Assembly (NCBI GenBank): GCA_030704615.1
Contig: CM060732.1
Coordinates: 67,518,001 to 67,582,000, forward strand
DNA: 64,000 nucleotides
Direction: 5' to 3'
Origin: Takakia lepidozioides
Taxonomy: Eukaryota > Plantae > Bryophyta
The notes beneath the pieces are model-generated. The model saw only the letters and a list, made by a program, of their open reading frames with translations, did not search any database and had not been told where the DNA came from. Positions 38,289 through 51,629 of the stretch are shown here, piece after piece (position 1 is the first letter of the stretch; every line of letters begins with the position of its first letter). Both the position numbers and the translations under genes were made by a program.

Positions 38289-41127
38289 GACGCCAACCGG
38301 AGTTAGCATACATAAGAGCCTCTTCCCCTTGAGGATACCGCCCCCTTAGACACACCAATATCAAGGTGCGGGATGTTCCAAAAACAATTTGTATGAAGAG
38401 AGGAATGGAGCCTAGACCTCACTTCAAATGCGTTTTCAAGTAATTCCAAATAAAGTCTTCCTCCCATTTTTTCCCAATAAAAAGAAAAGAAAAGGACGCC
38501 TCTGGTTTTGTAAAAGGGGAGTTAAGAGGGGAAAGGCAGAGATGTACAGAGTTGCAGAGACAGAATTTAATAATGTAGATGCCCTGTCTGTCATCTGCTG
38601 CAAATGCATCCAAGGTATGGGTCAAGGCATCTTGAGCCACAGTGAGTGTGCACTGAAGCATCACTGTGGACAGGGTTGTACAGGAGGGTAGAGAATGATT
38701 TTGCCAGAAATTGAATCACTCAAGTGGGCTTCCAGACAGACATAGTAATAGACTACATGAATGATGGCGGAGTAGATGAGAAGCACCATCCAACAGTTAC
38801 TACTACTAGTGCTGCTGCTGCTGCTTTTTCTACTTGCCTACACTACGTCCAAGTAATTTGTCAAGGTATCTTGGGAAGCTTTTCAGTGTGGCAGAAGCTT
38901 GGATTTTGTCAGATGTATTTGGCTGCCTGCACCTGCTGCAGGGGTGATGGTGGGTTGTCTCTACAAGTGCGTTGATGGATCACAAGCATGCAGCGTCACA
39001 GCTCCTGACACCATCTTTCCGAGCTGAGTTGTCTTGATGTAAAAACAAAACATGGTGGATTCTGTCAAAGGAAGCCAGGCGTCCATCTTCTCATCTTCTA
39101 CACAACATGATAGCAATTGTGACAGCTGAACTTGTTCGAATTAGAAGGAGTGGCCTAATCATCACACAGTTTGGTGATAATTGGTAATTATGATCCTTAT
39201 AAGTGTGAAGCATATAGAGCTCTAGAAGTGCACAACCTTTTGAGGAGGTTCGAGCTCTAGAAGCATCTTGCACTTGTTGGATGCCCACCAGAAAGTATGG
39301 GCGTTCAATAGGTAAGCCATCAAGGTACTCCTGATGTGGGCCGAGGTCTTGTCTTTCTTGTCAAGCGGCTGGAAGCCATCTTGAAGGTTTTGTTCAGGCC
39401 ATCTCTTTGCGATCCCATTGAAGCAGTAACAATAACATTACCGCTAAATGAAAGCAAGCAATGGATTTCTTCATGGAATCATGTAATTGCTCATTGGTAT
39501 TTGCACTGCAGACTAGCCTTTGTAAAGAAGTGGTGCATGTGATAGGGTAAAGTATCAACCATAATTAGCTAGTGTGCAAAAAAATCCGGCCTTCCTGGTA
39601 TCGAAGTGAAACCAACCTACCCAGACCTCCGGGCTGTGGGGGCTTTCTTGGAGGGTCACACCAAGCTAATGCTGTCATTCTCATTCATTTCCCCAAAGTA
39701 TAATTATGTATGTGAATGACCTTGAGCTATCATGGCTAAGGAAACTTGGCTTGCCAGGATGGCCCTTGTAAAAGGACATAAACTGATACATGACCCATCT
39801 CCCACAGGAAACTCTCATGATCACACCAGGGCGATCATGCCCAGTGACCTTATCTTGAGCCCACAGCCTCTGGGTTACAAAATACATATCGCACGCAAGT
39901 TTACAAACATTACATCATGTGGGAATGGAATAACAGGGGGCTCTGGTTCCTAGTTATTGAGTGACGCCCATATGAAAAATCAGGTTTTTAAGTGGGAGTT
40001 CATGGTGTCCCTTCACCCCAAAGGGCTACTGTCTTCTTTTTGGAAGATAGACACCTCAACCCTGTACTGAAATCTTGTTCCTGCAAGTCTGATCACCAAG
40101 GAAATTCAATTCACAGATTCCTTCCAATCTACACACAAGCTGCATAATAAGTGTTTCATGTGCCATGGAATGTCCTCGACAGTCCCACTGTACAATAGCA
40201 ATGTCTATCCACTCTTGAGTTTGTAACACAACGTCATGAAAACGGATGGTAGACCTAAGAAACCCACATGAAAAATACGCACACATTCAAACAGCTCAAC
40301 AGGCAAAATGATCTCTTGCTTGACAAATACACACAACTATTTTCTGTCAGGATTGCCTTAAATTGAGCATTCATTGTCGGCCTCTGGTCAACTTTAAGAT
40401 CCCCCTCTAATCTTTTGCGGTATGAACCACAGCAAGTCCATACTCTGCTTCATGAAGGTGACTGCTGCCGGACAAAATCCTGTTGACATGGATCTCTCAA
40501 CGAGCTAAATTGCAAGAGTCATAACCATACGCCATCTTTCATCAAACAGCATTGAGAAAACACAAGCACTCGGTGAACTGGGCCACAAAAACAGTCAAAG
40601 ACATGGGAGGGAATCGTTCTGAGGTCACGTTCTTCTGCATTTATATGCAGATATTCATGTTTCATATATCAACTGAATGAAATGGTTGCTTGAAAATGAA
40701 ATCAGGGCCTTACATCATCAACCCAGCTTATAAATGAATCCACAAGAGGGATATAATTGCATCCCCAATTCAAATTTCAACAGGCCTCACACCCCAAGTT
40801 TAACCTCAAAGGGAACCCACAGTGGATAGGAAATATGGCCATAGCAGCAACCATAATATAGCTAGGGCCAGCCTGAGCTTCTCCAACAGTTTACTTACAT
40901 TGAACCTTAAATAAAGCTACAATTTTAGCAGATCCACGTACTGCCGTCATGCAATGCCACCCGGTTTAACAAAGCAAAAGCAAAAGCAAAAAGCCCCGAA
41001 GGACTTCAATTATCCCTTTGTGTCGGCTACAACATCAGGGATTGTGGCATGTTGGATGTGATATGGGTAAAAGTGAGAGGCTGTGGAAATGTGTACCTCA
41101 GTGCTACTGAAGATATAAGAGAAGTGA

Positions 41128-44100
41128 TTATCGATGATTCTCTTTCCGGTATTCCCACGGCTTTTGGGGATCAGCTACAGCCCATAAGCCCAAACCTTTA
41201 GCTCTTGCCTCTTGCTCCCACTGTCAATAACCATGGTGAAATTCCACTGATCATGCCAAATGAACTACAGATAACTGAGAGGTGCTCTTTATCTCTGTTG
41301 AGAAGTCTAACATCATACCATCATACCTTCATACCACCTATGAAACATTGCAATGCTTCCAGGGAACCATGGCTTACTGCAAGGAGGTTGCTCACAGGAA
41401 GGACGTTCATCCAGAATTAATGTATGGAAGCCTTCAACTGTAGATCTGGTCAAGGTTCACGGAAACAGCAATGAAAGGGGTAAAACATACCTGCAAATCT
41501 GTGAATCTCTTGTACATTCGCTTTGGTGCATTTTGGGAAAAAAAGAATGCTGATAGACCACAGAAGGACAAATACCTGTGCAAATTCAGGACGCCGATCA
41601 TATGCTATGTAATGCCATGCACATCCTCGTTTCAAGAGAACCTCCTGCACTCAATCAGAAGGACTGTGACAGAAAGTAGACAAAAGTAGACAGGACGACA
41701 AACAAAGGAAAATTCAATATTGCAGCCCACTCTAGGATGTTTAATTTCAAGCAGGTACAGCATAACACTGTGTGTGCCCAACTTTGCCCATGACATCATC
41801 TTCCCCCTACCAGGACAAGGACCGGAAGAGTGGTAAGAAACAAGGAGAGGCACTACCATTGGGTACTCTCTCCTCCTCTTATGCCTATAAAATCAACTCA
41901 ATGTATAGCGAATACCATGACCCCTTTGAGGCCTTTTTAATGCTATTGACACTCAGCCCCCTCCCTCCTCAAGAACATGGGATTCTCCATACATGCAGGC
42001 TGGAGAGAAAGCCTGTACCTGGATGAACACCTTGTTGCAATGCACGTCCGCTACGATGCGCCCATATTGGTCCACAGTGTATACCAAAAGATGCAGTGAG
42101 CGCCCCTCTACAAGGCTTAACAGCAATGCCTTTGCTTGTTGCCCATAGGGCTGATTGATCTCTGGTGCATCTACCCCTCTGTCACATTGTACCTCACACA
42201 TATTATTATCCTTGTTGGCTCTTTCTTTCTTACTTACTTTCTTTCTTTTTCTTCTCTGTGCTATGATGCAGGGTTTCTGGTTGGTACTTTTCCAATTGAG
42301 AACCAGGGGATAACTATAATGACAAGTCCCCACTGGAGCCAGCATTTGGTGATGGTACTGATCCGCATTCCATCTTCTCATTCTCCCCCCCAACTTTCCC
42401 ACCCCTAATGACTCTTATGTGTAGATTCAAGATCAATCTGCTGACTCTCCGGGAGTCCATGCTAGTGCACACATTGGCACAGGGGTCTCTCTCTCTATCT
42501 TCAATGCCTGTGGAGCAGTACGACTGTTGCAAGTAGATCAGTAAACAGTTGCACAAGATGATTCTATCAATGAACTGATCAAGAACCTCTGTCCTGCCCT
42601 CCCAACCCTGTGCTGCTACAAGCTTCCCTTCATAACAAATCAAGTAAGAAACATTGAGGTAGTAAAGGAGTGCTGACCTAAGGCGAACACGGTACTTCCG
42701 GGCAAGAATTTCTTCTTTACCATCCCTAGCAGAGAACAACCTTCATGCACCATCAAACATCCCTTGAAATGACCATGTTTCTTAGCAAGTTGTGTTACAG
42801 TGAGGGTACTCATGGTTACAGCTCCTTCTTTGGTAGGATGACACATGACGTATTGGACACTTGCGAACTGAACAGTGAGCTCAAACAAAAGCATGCATGA
42901 GTGAAGGTTTCCTGAAAGAGGGTGGGAAGCCAACTTGTAGCCTGCTTGCTGTATCTGCTTTTGCAAAGCATCAGCGGTCTTGTAGTCATGGTGCATCCGG
43001 GCTGTGACCCGTCTGCTCATAGCTTCTGTCACTGCATGTGGCAAGGCAGCCGTTTCCCGTGTATCTCTCTGAACGTCCACATACACTGTTATCGTGTCTC
43101 CGTCTGCCACTGATCGGTTGTCCAGCTGTAATTTTAACCATCATCAATATGGTACATTAGAACAAGAACAGAGAGAAGAATAATCAGGGAGGGGGTTGTC
43201 AAATCACAATATGCAGGTTCTACAAAATTTTACTGTATGAATAGATGTCCATAATTTCAACTCGGCAGATGGGACTTACTGGAAGAGTATCAAGCTCATA
43301 CTGCACACCACGAGGCCGTCCTGAAGTTACAATGGCTATCTGTGGGTAGAGAGCTGCTGGTGCAGGAACCACAACTGTTGGTGCTGGCACTGCCACTGTT
43401 GAAGCCCCAGATGGAGGGAGGCCATAAAATGACAGAAAACCCTGGAGACCAACAGTATCAGGTGAATACATGTATCCAAGCTAGCATACCCCACTCTTTT
43501 CTTTGCATATCCAAGCTACATCTTTTCCTCTTCCAAACTGAGCCTCCAATATCACTCTTTTCAAACTATCTCAGATCCTGTTGACCTAAGCTTTTTATGA
43601 GCTAACCGTCTGAGCTAGCAGCTTTCATCTCTTTGTGTCCTATCTCAGGGGTTCCTCCCACCTTCGCTGTTCCTAAGAATCTTACAGCAGATGCCCGACA
43701 ATATATGTAGCTCAACCTCACTCAAACGATCACCTCCCAGGTGTGAAAGCCTGGCTCAAATTACCCAGATCAGCCGTTAAGTGGACTTACGACATAAGAT
43801 TACCAACTCGCTGTAAGAAAGCACAGTAAATCAGAAGTCATAGTGGGAGCTCTGCTTCTCAGATTGTCAAACTGGCACCGTAACAAAATGGAAATTCAAA
43901 ATTCAAGGCATGGATCACAATGGATTGCAATGACTTGGCAAGCCAGAGAACATGATGCTCACCATATACTATAAGTAAGGGGGGTGCATTATAACTTAGC
44001 TAAGAGAAGAATGTGTGGAAATACCTGGAGATCAGCCTTACGCTGCGTGTGCAAAGTTTGCAGCACCAGTTGCGAGGCCTCCACAGCATTGCTTGGAGGT

Positions 44101-45159
44101 GGACGCACACTCTTCCAGGCTTCCAAGAGCTTGCGATACCTTCATCTCCAGATCCTCACAGATTGATCACCAATTACAACTGAATGAATGTGAGTTGAGA
44201 TGAAATTGGCAACCCTCTTCCCCTGCCTCCATTTCCTCTGGCCCTTAGCTATTATTATAGGTTTTATGCGCTGCTCCGTGTCTGGTTCCCCCGTATCACT
44301 CTCTCCTCCTCTTTTGTCCTTGTCTCTCTGTCCCTTGGGCACTTTGGACCTTCCTGCAGACAATACTCATATCTTTCTCTGATTGAAGCACTTTGTCTTT
44401 GGGAAATGCTTGATGTATCTGGAGTAGTTCTTTGGTTTCATGGGCCCTCTTGGCCCTTGTGTCCTTCCGGGACATTGTAAAAGTTTGTTCTTTCTTCATG
44501 TTTTTCTATTTTTCCTTCTCTCCGTCAGTAGATACATTCACAGGCATGTATGTACTTCCAATCGAGAGCATGACTGGGAATAAGGGAGATTTTTTACCAA
44601 ATGACTTGTGTGGCTTTGGTTGCTTGAACATATTCACTCAAACCTTCAGGCACCTGGAAGCAATGACACATACATTTTGATTTTCAAAATTTCAGTTGAA
44701 ATTTACTGCTACATGAACAGAGAAAGCTCAAATTAATTTCCCAGGAAGTCACTTGCAAAGCAGAATGGAGGCTTCAGACAGAGAATTTCTAACACTCACA
44801 GACTGATGTGAATTGTGCAGACTATTTTTGCTATTTACTGCAAATCCTCAACCCAACAATTATCCCTAGTAATGAAACCCGCCAAAGCCTTTGAGACTGC
44901 AGTCTCAACAATAGTTGTGCCCAGAGAAAAAAACAGAAACATTGAGAGGACTCACCTTGCTTGTAATTTCAAATCGGAAAAGATCTCGAGCCAATGCAGC
45001 AAATCCAACTGTCTCAACAGTAACACCATGCGGTCCTAATGGCCCAGCTTGGTACACCACTGCTCCACCTTGACCCCCTACATGGCCCCCTACTTGAAAT
45101 TGGTCTTCTGAATTGTGATCACCACAGATGCATCCCAGTCGCCTCAATGTATTCCCCAT
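41128..45159 (-). CDS. CAN: Ca2+-dependent staphylococcal-like nuclease (CAN1/CAN2 family), 9 coding exons
   Basis: N-terminus [12 protein letters not shown] (acylation-type), then [115 protein letters not shown]...KPWEYRK*, with GT-AG junctions. Confidence 0.95.
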
Positions 45160-46443
45160 GGTAAGTGAGCTTCAAGTGCTGCCAAACAGTTTGCGTGGCA
45201 ACACTTCTTCGTCTATCTATAACTGGCGGAAGGGACGTCTTCTTCCTCTCTTTCCTCGAGTCTCTGCACGAATGCAAGTGCGAATGCGCGAATGCGAGCA
45301 GAGGGAGATGATCAGCAGAAAGGGCGCAGAGGCTACGTTCTAAAAAATGCTTGGCAGCTTACCTTCACTTTCCTCCCTTTGTCTTCCTCTCTAGAGTCAC
45401 ACAGAGAGTGCATTTCCCACAATATGATGGCATCCAATGGATAGCGAAGCACGAACAAACGTCTCTGTACCACCATCCCAGTCTTCTGACAAAAACCCGA
45501 CTCAAGGAGCTGAATTGAGTATTACCTGAAGTCAGTGCCCCTCTGGTCGTCACTTTTGCAAACTTATTTGAGACCATAGCATCAGAAAACCCAAATGCAA
45601 GTCCATGTAGAAATATTCCTCGGTATGCAACTATGATCCAACAGCCTCTCCGTTGTCTGTCTGTTCACGAAGCAAATACCAGAAAAAGTAGAGAAGACCT
45701 TCCCCCACATTAGTGCTGCCAGGAGACGTTGAGCAAGGAGAAAATACTGTGAGCGATCAGGAGGAATTACGGACGAGCTCCTTCAAATCCCAAACAATAT
45801 TAAAGACATCAGCACATAGAGTGAACATCACGCTTATTAGATGCAGACGTCGTCTTCCAAGAAAGTACCCACTCATCATTCCGAGAACCAATCCGGGGTC
45901 AAGGAGCTTTATTGCACTTTCAAAAAAAATTCACAACTCTGCACAGATCAGAGCGTTCTCGGACACATCAATCTACACAAATTCTCACAGAAAACCCACA
46001 CGCGGTTTCTTGTTTCTTCAATCCTTTCCATCGCACTACCAGAAGTACCCACTTCCTCCACAAGGGAGTCTCCAGGCTCCTTCCTCCGCCATAACCAATG
46101 GATGAACCTTACTTTCATTCAATCTAGTATGACATGGGCTCTCACCAACCTGGACGACATCCGAAAATGGATGAATAAAGTGCTTTGCAGCAAATCTGAA
46201 GCTCCTCTGTTGTGATAATTATCATGGGCAGTGTCTCAGAATTCTTGAGGCTGAGCCTGAAGCTCTGGCTCTGTTGGGGTCTAACTTTTGAATTCTGAGT
46301 GTGTATCATGGGCAGTGTACAAAAGTGCGGGAATCGATGATTCTTTCAACTTCCCTCTTTGGTACAGAAATTGTGAGAGTATATAACCTTTTTGCCCTCA
46401 CCCTTAAAGGGCCCAATTTGTAGTTTCATGCATGTTGCTTGTT

Positions 46444-48929
46444 TCACCAGTAATCCCCACAAGAACAGACCCCAGCTTGGAAGTGGTGAAAGCGGCTAGC
46501 ATCCCGTAAAACAACTACTCGCTCAACAATCTTTGAGATGAACTTGGTGGCGGTGTGGCAGTCGCCACACACCCGAAGATTTTTTATGACACGGATGGGT
46601 GTCCCTGGAGGCGTGCTGATGAGCCCAAAAGCAATGGCCAGCTTCTCACTGTGGTGGCAAAGAGAGAATTCCTTTTGTTCCTCTTCCACATCATGCAATA
46701 CAAAGCGTGTGTCAGGCACGTATCCAGCCTCCTTCATCTGCTCGGACAATCTGTTCAGCTCTGCGTGAATTTCCTCAATTTGTGGATGCAATCTGTCTTC
46801 TACGACAAATGTATGCACCTGGTTGTCAACCTCAATGCAGCTGCGCCCTGCCTCCTTTTTGACACCTCTGTCATCCATCATTCTCCTCACATTCGCTCTA
46901 TCAGTAAACCTGCCAGCTGCACCATAGATGTTTGATAGCAACACATAAGCTGAAGGATCCTGTGGATCACTCTTGAGCATGTTCTTTGCTGCACGTTCTG
47001 CTCCCACCAGATCGCCATGAATTCTGCAGGCACCAAGCAAGGTGCCCCACAACAAAGCACCGGGTTCCATTGGCAATTCGTTGATGAGGTCCTCTGCCTC
47101 GTCCAATTGCCCTGCACGGGCAAGAAGGTCAACCAGGCAACAATAATGCTCCATGGTAGGAGTGAGGCCATGATCTTGACTTATTTGATCAAAGTAGTGA
47201 CACCCTTCATCCACTAAGCCAGCATGGCTACAAGCAGATAGAAGAGATATGAAGGTGATACCATTCGGCTTCAACCCTTCCTGTTGCATTAGTTCAAAAA
47301 GTTCCAGGGCCTCCCTACCATGCCCATGTTGAGCATATCCAGCGATCATCGCACTGCACGAGACCACATCTCGTGCAACCATATTGTCGAACACTTGCCG
47401 AGCATCTTTCATGCTTCCACATTTTGCATACATGTCCGCAAGGGCAGTTTCCAGTTTGTTATCCAGCATGATTCGAGCTTTGAGGATGTCAGAATGGACC
47501 TCTTTGCCTTTTTCCAGCACTCCCATGGTGGCACATGCACTGAGGGCGCAAAGGAACGTGACACTGTTGGGTGTCACCCCTTCCTGTTGCATTTGCTCAT
47601 ATATCTCAACGGCCTCCCTACCACACCCATGCTGAGCATATCCTCCGATCATTGCACTCCATGACACCACATTCCGTTCGGCCATATTGTCAAACACTCG
47701 GTGCGCATCCTTCATGCTCCCGCATTTGGCATACATGTCAACAAGGGCATTATCCAAATTGATAAAGGGCACAATTCGTGCTTTGATGATGTCATCATGT
47801 ACCTCTTTTCCCTTTTCCAGGGCTCCTTGGCTGGCACATGCATTCACGATGCAAATGAATGTGACCACGTCAGGCATCAGCCTATGGTGTTGCATCTGTT
47901 CATAAATATCCAAAGCCTCCCTACCACACCCATGTTGAGCATAGCCTGCAATCATAGCATTCCATGCCACCACATCTCGTTGGACCATTTTGTCAAACAC
48001 TTTACGAGCATCTGTTAGAGACCCACATTTGGCATACATATCAACAAGGGCAGTCTCCAGAACAATGTCTGGCGCAATTCCAGCTTCGATCAGGTCAGCA
48101 TGGACTTCTTTCCCCTTTTCCAGGGCTACTTGGCTGGCACATGCATTGAGAACACAAATGAAAGTGACCCTGTTGGGCATTACTGCTTCCTGTTTCATCT
48201 TCTCATAGATTTCCAAAGCCTCCCTGCCACACCCATGCTGAGTGTATCCTGCAATCATGGCACTCCAGGATACCACATTTCGGTGAGCCATATTATCAAA
48301 CACCTGACGCGCATCCTGTATGCTCCCACATTTCGAATACATGGCAGAGAGGGCAGTCTCCAGAATCGTATTTGGCACAATTCCAGCTTTGATGATGTCA
48401 GCCTGGACCTCTTTGCCCTTTCTTAGGTCTCCTAAGCTTGCACATGCATTGAGGGCGCAAACGAAAGTCACCTCGTTGGGAGTCACCCCCTCCCGTTGCA
48501 TTTGCTCATAGATCTTGAGAGCCTCCCCACCACACCCAGACTTGGCATATCCTGCAATCATTATAGTCCATGTGAACAAACTTCGATGAGGCATTTTGTC
48601 AAACACTTGGCGTGCGTCCACCACGCTCCCGCACTTGGCATACATGTTGACAAGGGTGTTGAGTAGAAAGGTGCTTGGCTTAAATCCACTTTGGATAATG
48701 TGAGCATGCACCTGCCTTCCCTCCGACAGGCCTTTCATTTTGACACACTCTTGCAAAAGACAGACATAAGTCTCAGAGTCTACTTGCATGCCTCCTTGTT
48801 TTAAGATGCGCAGGCCCTCTTTCAGTCGTCCTGTTTGAGATAGAGTCCTTGCATACCCAAAAGGGTCAGAAGAGTCCTTTCTTGGTTGTCTTTCCAGAGC
48901 AGTGGTGACAGTGGAAGTGCTACCCCCTC
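46444..48929 (-). CDS. PLS-class PPR protein with E1/E2/DYW deaminase domain (organellar C-to-U editing factor); true start uncertain
   Basis: 17 PPR motifs (L-S, four P-L-S triplets, P2-L2-S2), E1/E2, HHSEKLA...CGDCH zinc site and C-terminal DYW. The frame stays open upstream of the Met at 48789 to a splice acceptor near 48929, so a targeting-peptide exon probably lies further upstream (candidate 49232-49387). Confidence 0.95.
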
Positions 48930-51629
48930 TGTCAATTTAAGGTCCAACAAACAACTGTATCTGATTAAAATCTGCCATCCTCCAAATATATGGTTACAAA
49001 GGTTTAAACTGAATAATTTAACTTCTTTTCCCAACCTACTTAAAACCTATTTGCATGACACCATTATCAAAACACCTAATATTGCAGCCTAGTAGAACCC
49101 ACTACATGTCTCTCCCTGAGCACAGGCTTATTGCACTTTTCAACAAGCTAACAAAAGTACTGAAGGCATCTACTTTGAGAATGAACAGTACCAATTCTAA
49201 CTGTCTCTTGAATCATCATCAAAACAATACCCATTGTATTCCCGGCCTGGAGCTCCACAGTGTACACAGACAGTGGAACCATCTTCAGACAGTGCTAGCC
49301 CTTGTATCCTACCATCTAGCTCTGCTTTCACCCAAGGAGGGTTCAACGAACACCCAATCCAAAGGGCCTCCTTTGTGTGCTTATGTCTGAAATCTGGTGA
49401 ACTCGGACTTTTCTGTAAGAACAACATTAGGCAGTAACGTTGTAAGAGATTGACATGGCCTCGTATAGACCACGCTACAAATACCAAAGCTCCTCCACCA
49501 ACAGCACAGCACGTGAAAGGCCACGTAAATTCGAACAAAACGATAAAATTACAGGGTATGTGGCCAACCAAAAGTCATCACTATCCTTTATCAAAGCAGC
49601 TAAAATCATGGTTCAGGCTACAGAAAGACAACGTCATCATCACTCAACAATGATCAAGGTCCCTTTCCAAACCAGACTAGAAATGATGGCGAAGTGATAG
49701 AGATAGCCTCACCTTATCAAACCTATTCTCGCAACACTGCGGAGGATCCGACATGAAATCCCGCCTAAGCCGTTCTAGGCTAATGGATTGGCCTGCATCC
49801 GAACTCCACTAAAACATATATCTTCTTTAGTAGCTCCTAACTGCCTGACAAGTCTCGATTACACTCGCATTCCTCTACAACCTTGCACGACCATAGAATG
49901 AAACTCTCCAGCCCACAATGCAGGCAATTTCTACCGGGATGGGCGAAAACTAAAGCCTGGAACGCTCAGACACAGTCAACACACGAAAAGCAAAGGATTG
50001 AGTTTCATCTCTATACCTTTTTTCGGTTGCCCTGCAACCTGCGAACGAGTCATAGCCATCCCTTGCAAGGATCTCGGAATTACAAAGGTGACCCATGTCC
50101 GCTCCACATCCTGGCCCATTGATCTGCTGCATGATGTGAGGCCTCCCCCACGTTCCAGGCATGGAGAAGACAGGTCCTTGCGTAGGACCTCTCCCTGCCA
50201 GCTCCAAGCCATCCCTGCTGTGCTTTGGGCTGTCTACAACAAAAGCAGTGTGTTGTCGGAGATATGTAGTTGTTGCATAACCAAAGCCTTGTCATTTCTG
50301 ATTTGGGTTACGACATACAATAGAAAGCCAAGCTTACCCAGCTTGCTTTCACTAGTGGTTGTGGGTTCAAAATCACATAAGTTGGTTGGATGTCGCAAAG
50401 GTGACAAGTGACAACCTTCTTGTTGGAATTGTTGGAAGGCAACAGTCCTTGGGGGCCAAGTGACACCATAAGTCAAGCTAACTTCAACAAGAGTCCACAT
50501 TTTGTTCTCATGATTACAGAGAAATCTCCCATATAGTTGGAAGCTTTGGGGTTCAGCCCCACCATCGATGGACCTGCAATAGACATACTGCAATCTGGTG
50601 TGCTTTGCGTGCGAGTATGTATTGAGCAGGTGAAATGCAAACTTTTGCCGGCAGGCTTGCTGGCATTGGAAAGATACAGAGAACCTGCCACAGCGTGGGG
50701 TGGGGTGGGTAGATGTTGTTGTTGTCCATGGGTCCACAATCAAAACAATTCACTGATCAATTGGTGTGTGGCCTTTCAAGTCTGTTCTCTTCTGGTGCCT
50801 GCACTCATTTGTGCAGATGTATTTTCTTAAAGACTCCTGAGAATATGCAAATATGGAGACCTGCATATCAGAGTGTGGCTTTGAGATGAATATTATCCAT
50901 ACCATGCTAGACCATAGTGCTCATCTTCCATGTCTTTGCTCTTTAGGAAAACCCACCAGAATATCCTCCTGTAGGGCTCGGGCCCAAATTTCTCACAAGC
51001 AACTCTCAAGCCAATGTCCAAGTTGTCAGATGGTTGCCAAACCGTGTTTTGCAGACTCAAACATTGCACTGTTCTGTTTTGTAAAGTGGTTGAATTAACA
51101 AAATCTGGGTACACAACAGGATGGGCCTTGGTACCAATGGTGGCACAATTAAGCAGGATCTGCAACGTACTTCGACATCACCTCAGTGTAGATCTTTCTC
51201 TCTTTCTTCTTTAGCCTGCCACAACAAAATGAACAGATCAACAAAATATTCAGGCACCCCCAGAAACATGGCACCTAGGCAACAACCAATAAATGATAGG
51301 AAAGTGCAAACACATCAAATCTGAAGATTATTAGCCGTCTCTTCTATCAGCTAACCACCACTACTAGAAACTGCAGATCTGTGACTTGCATCATTAGTGT
51401 CATAAGCTACTCGCACTTGGGCTCAAGTACTAGATAACAAACAGTGACAGCTTTCAATGCTGTTCAGGGAATGCCTGGGAGGCATTGGACTCATACTCAA
51501 GTCCCCCAGTCTTAACAATGCTCATTATGTATGTGGATACACTGATGCAGATGATACCACAATGTACTCAGACAAATCTGGTGTGCAGAGATTTGAGAAC
51601 CAAATGATAATGCAGCCATGATTTTTGAT

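Noticed and set aside
39091-39400. DGFQP motif suggesting a CACTA transposase
   Set aside because: An isolated pentapeptide with no other transposase motifs nearby.
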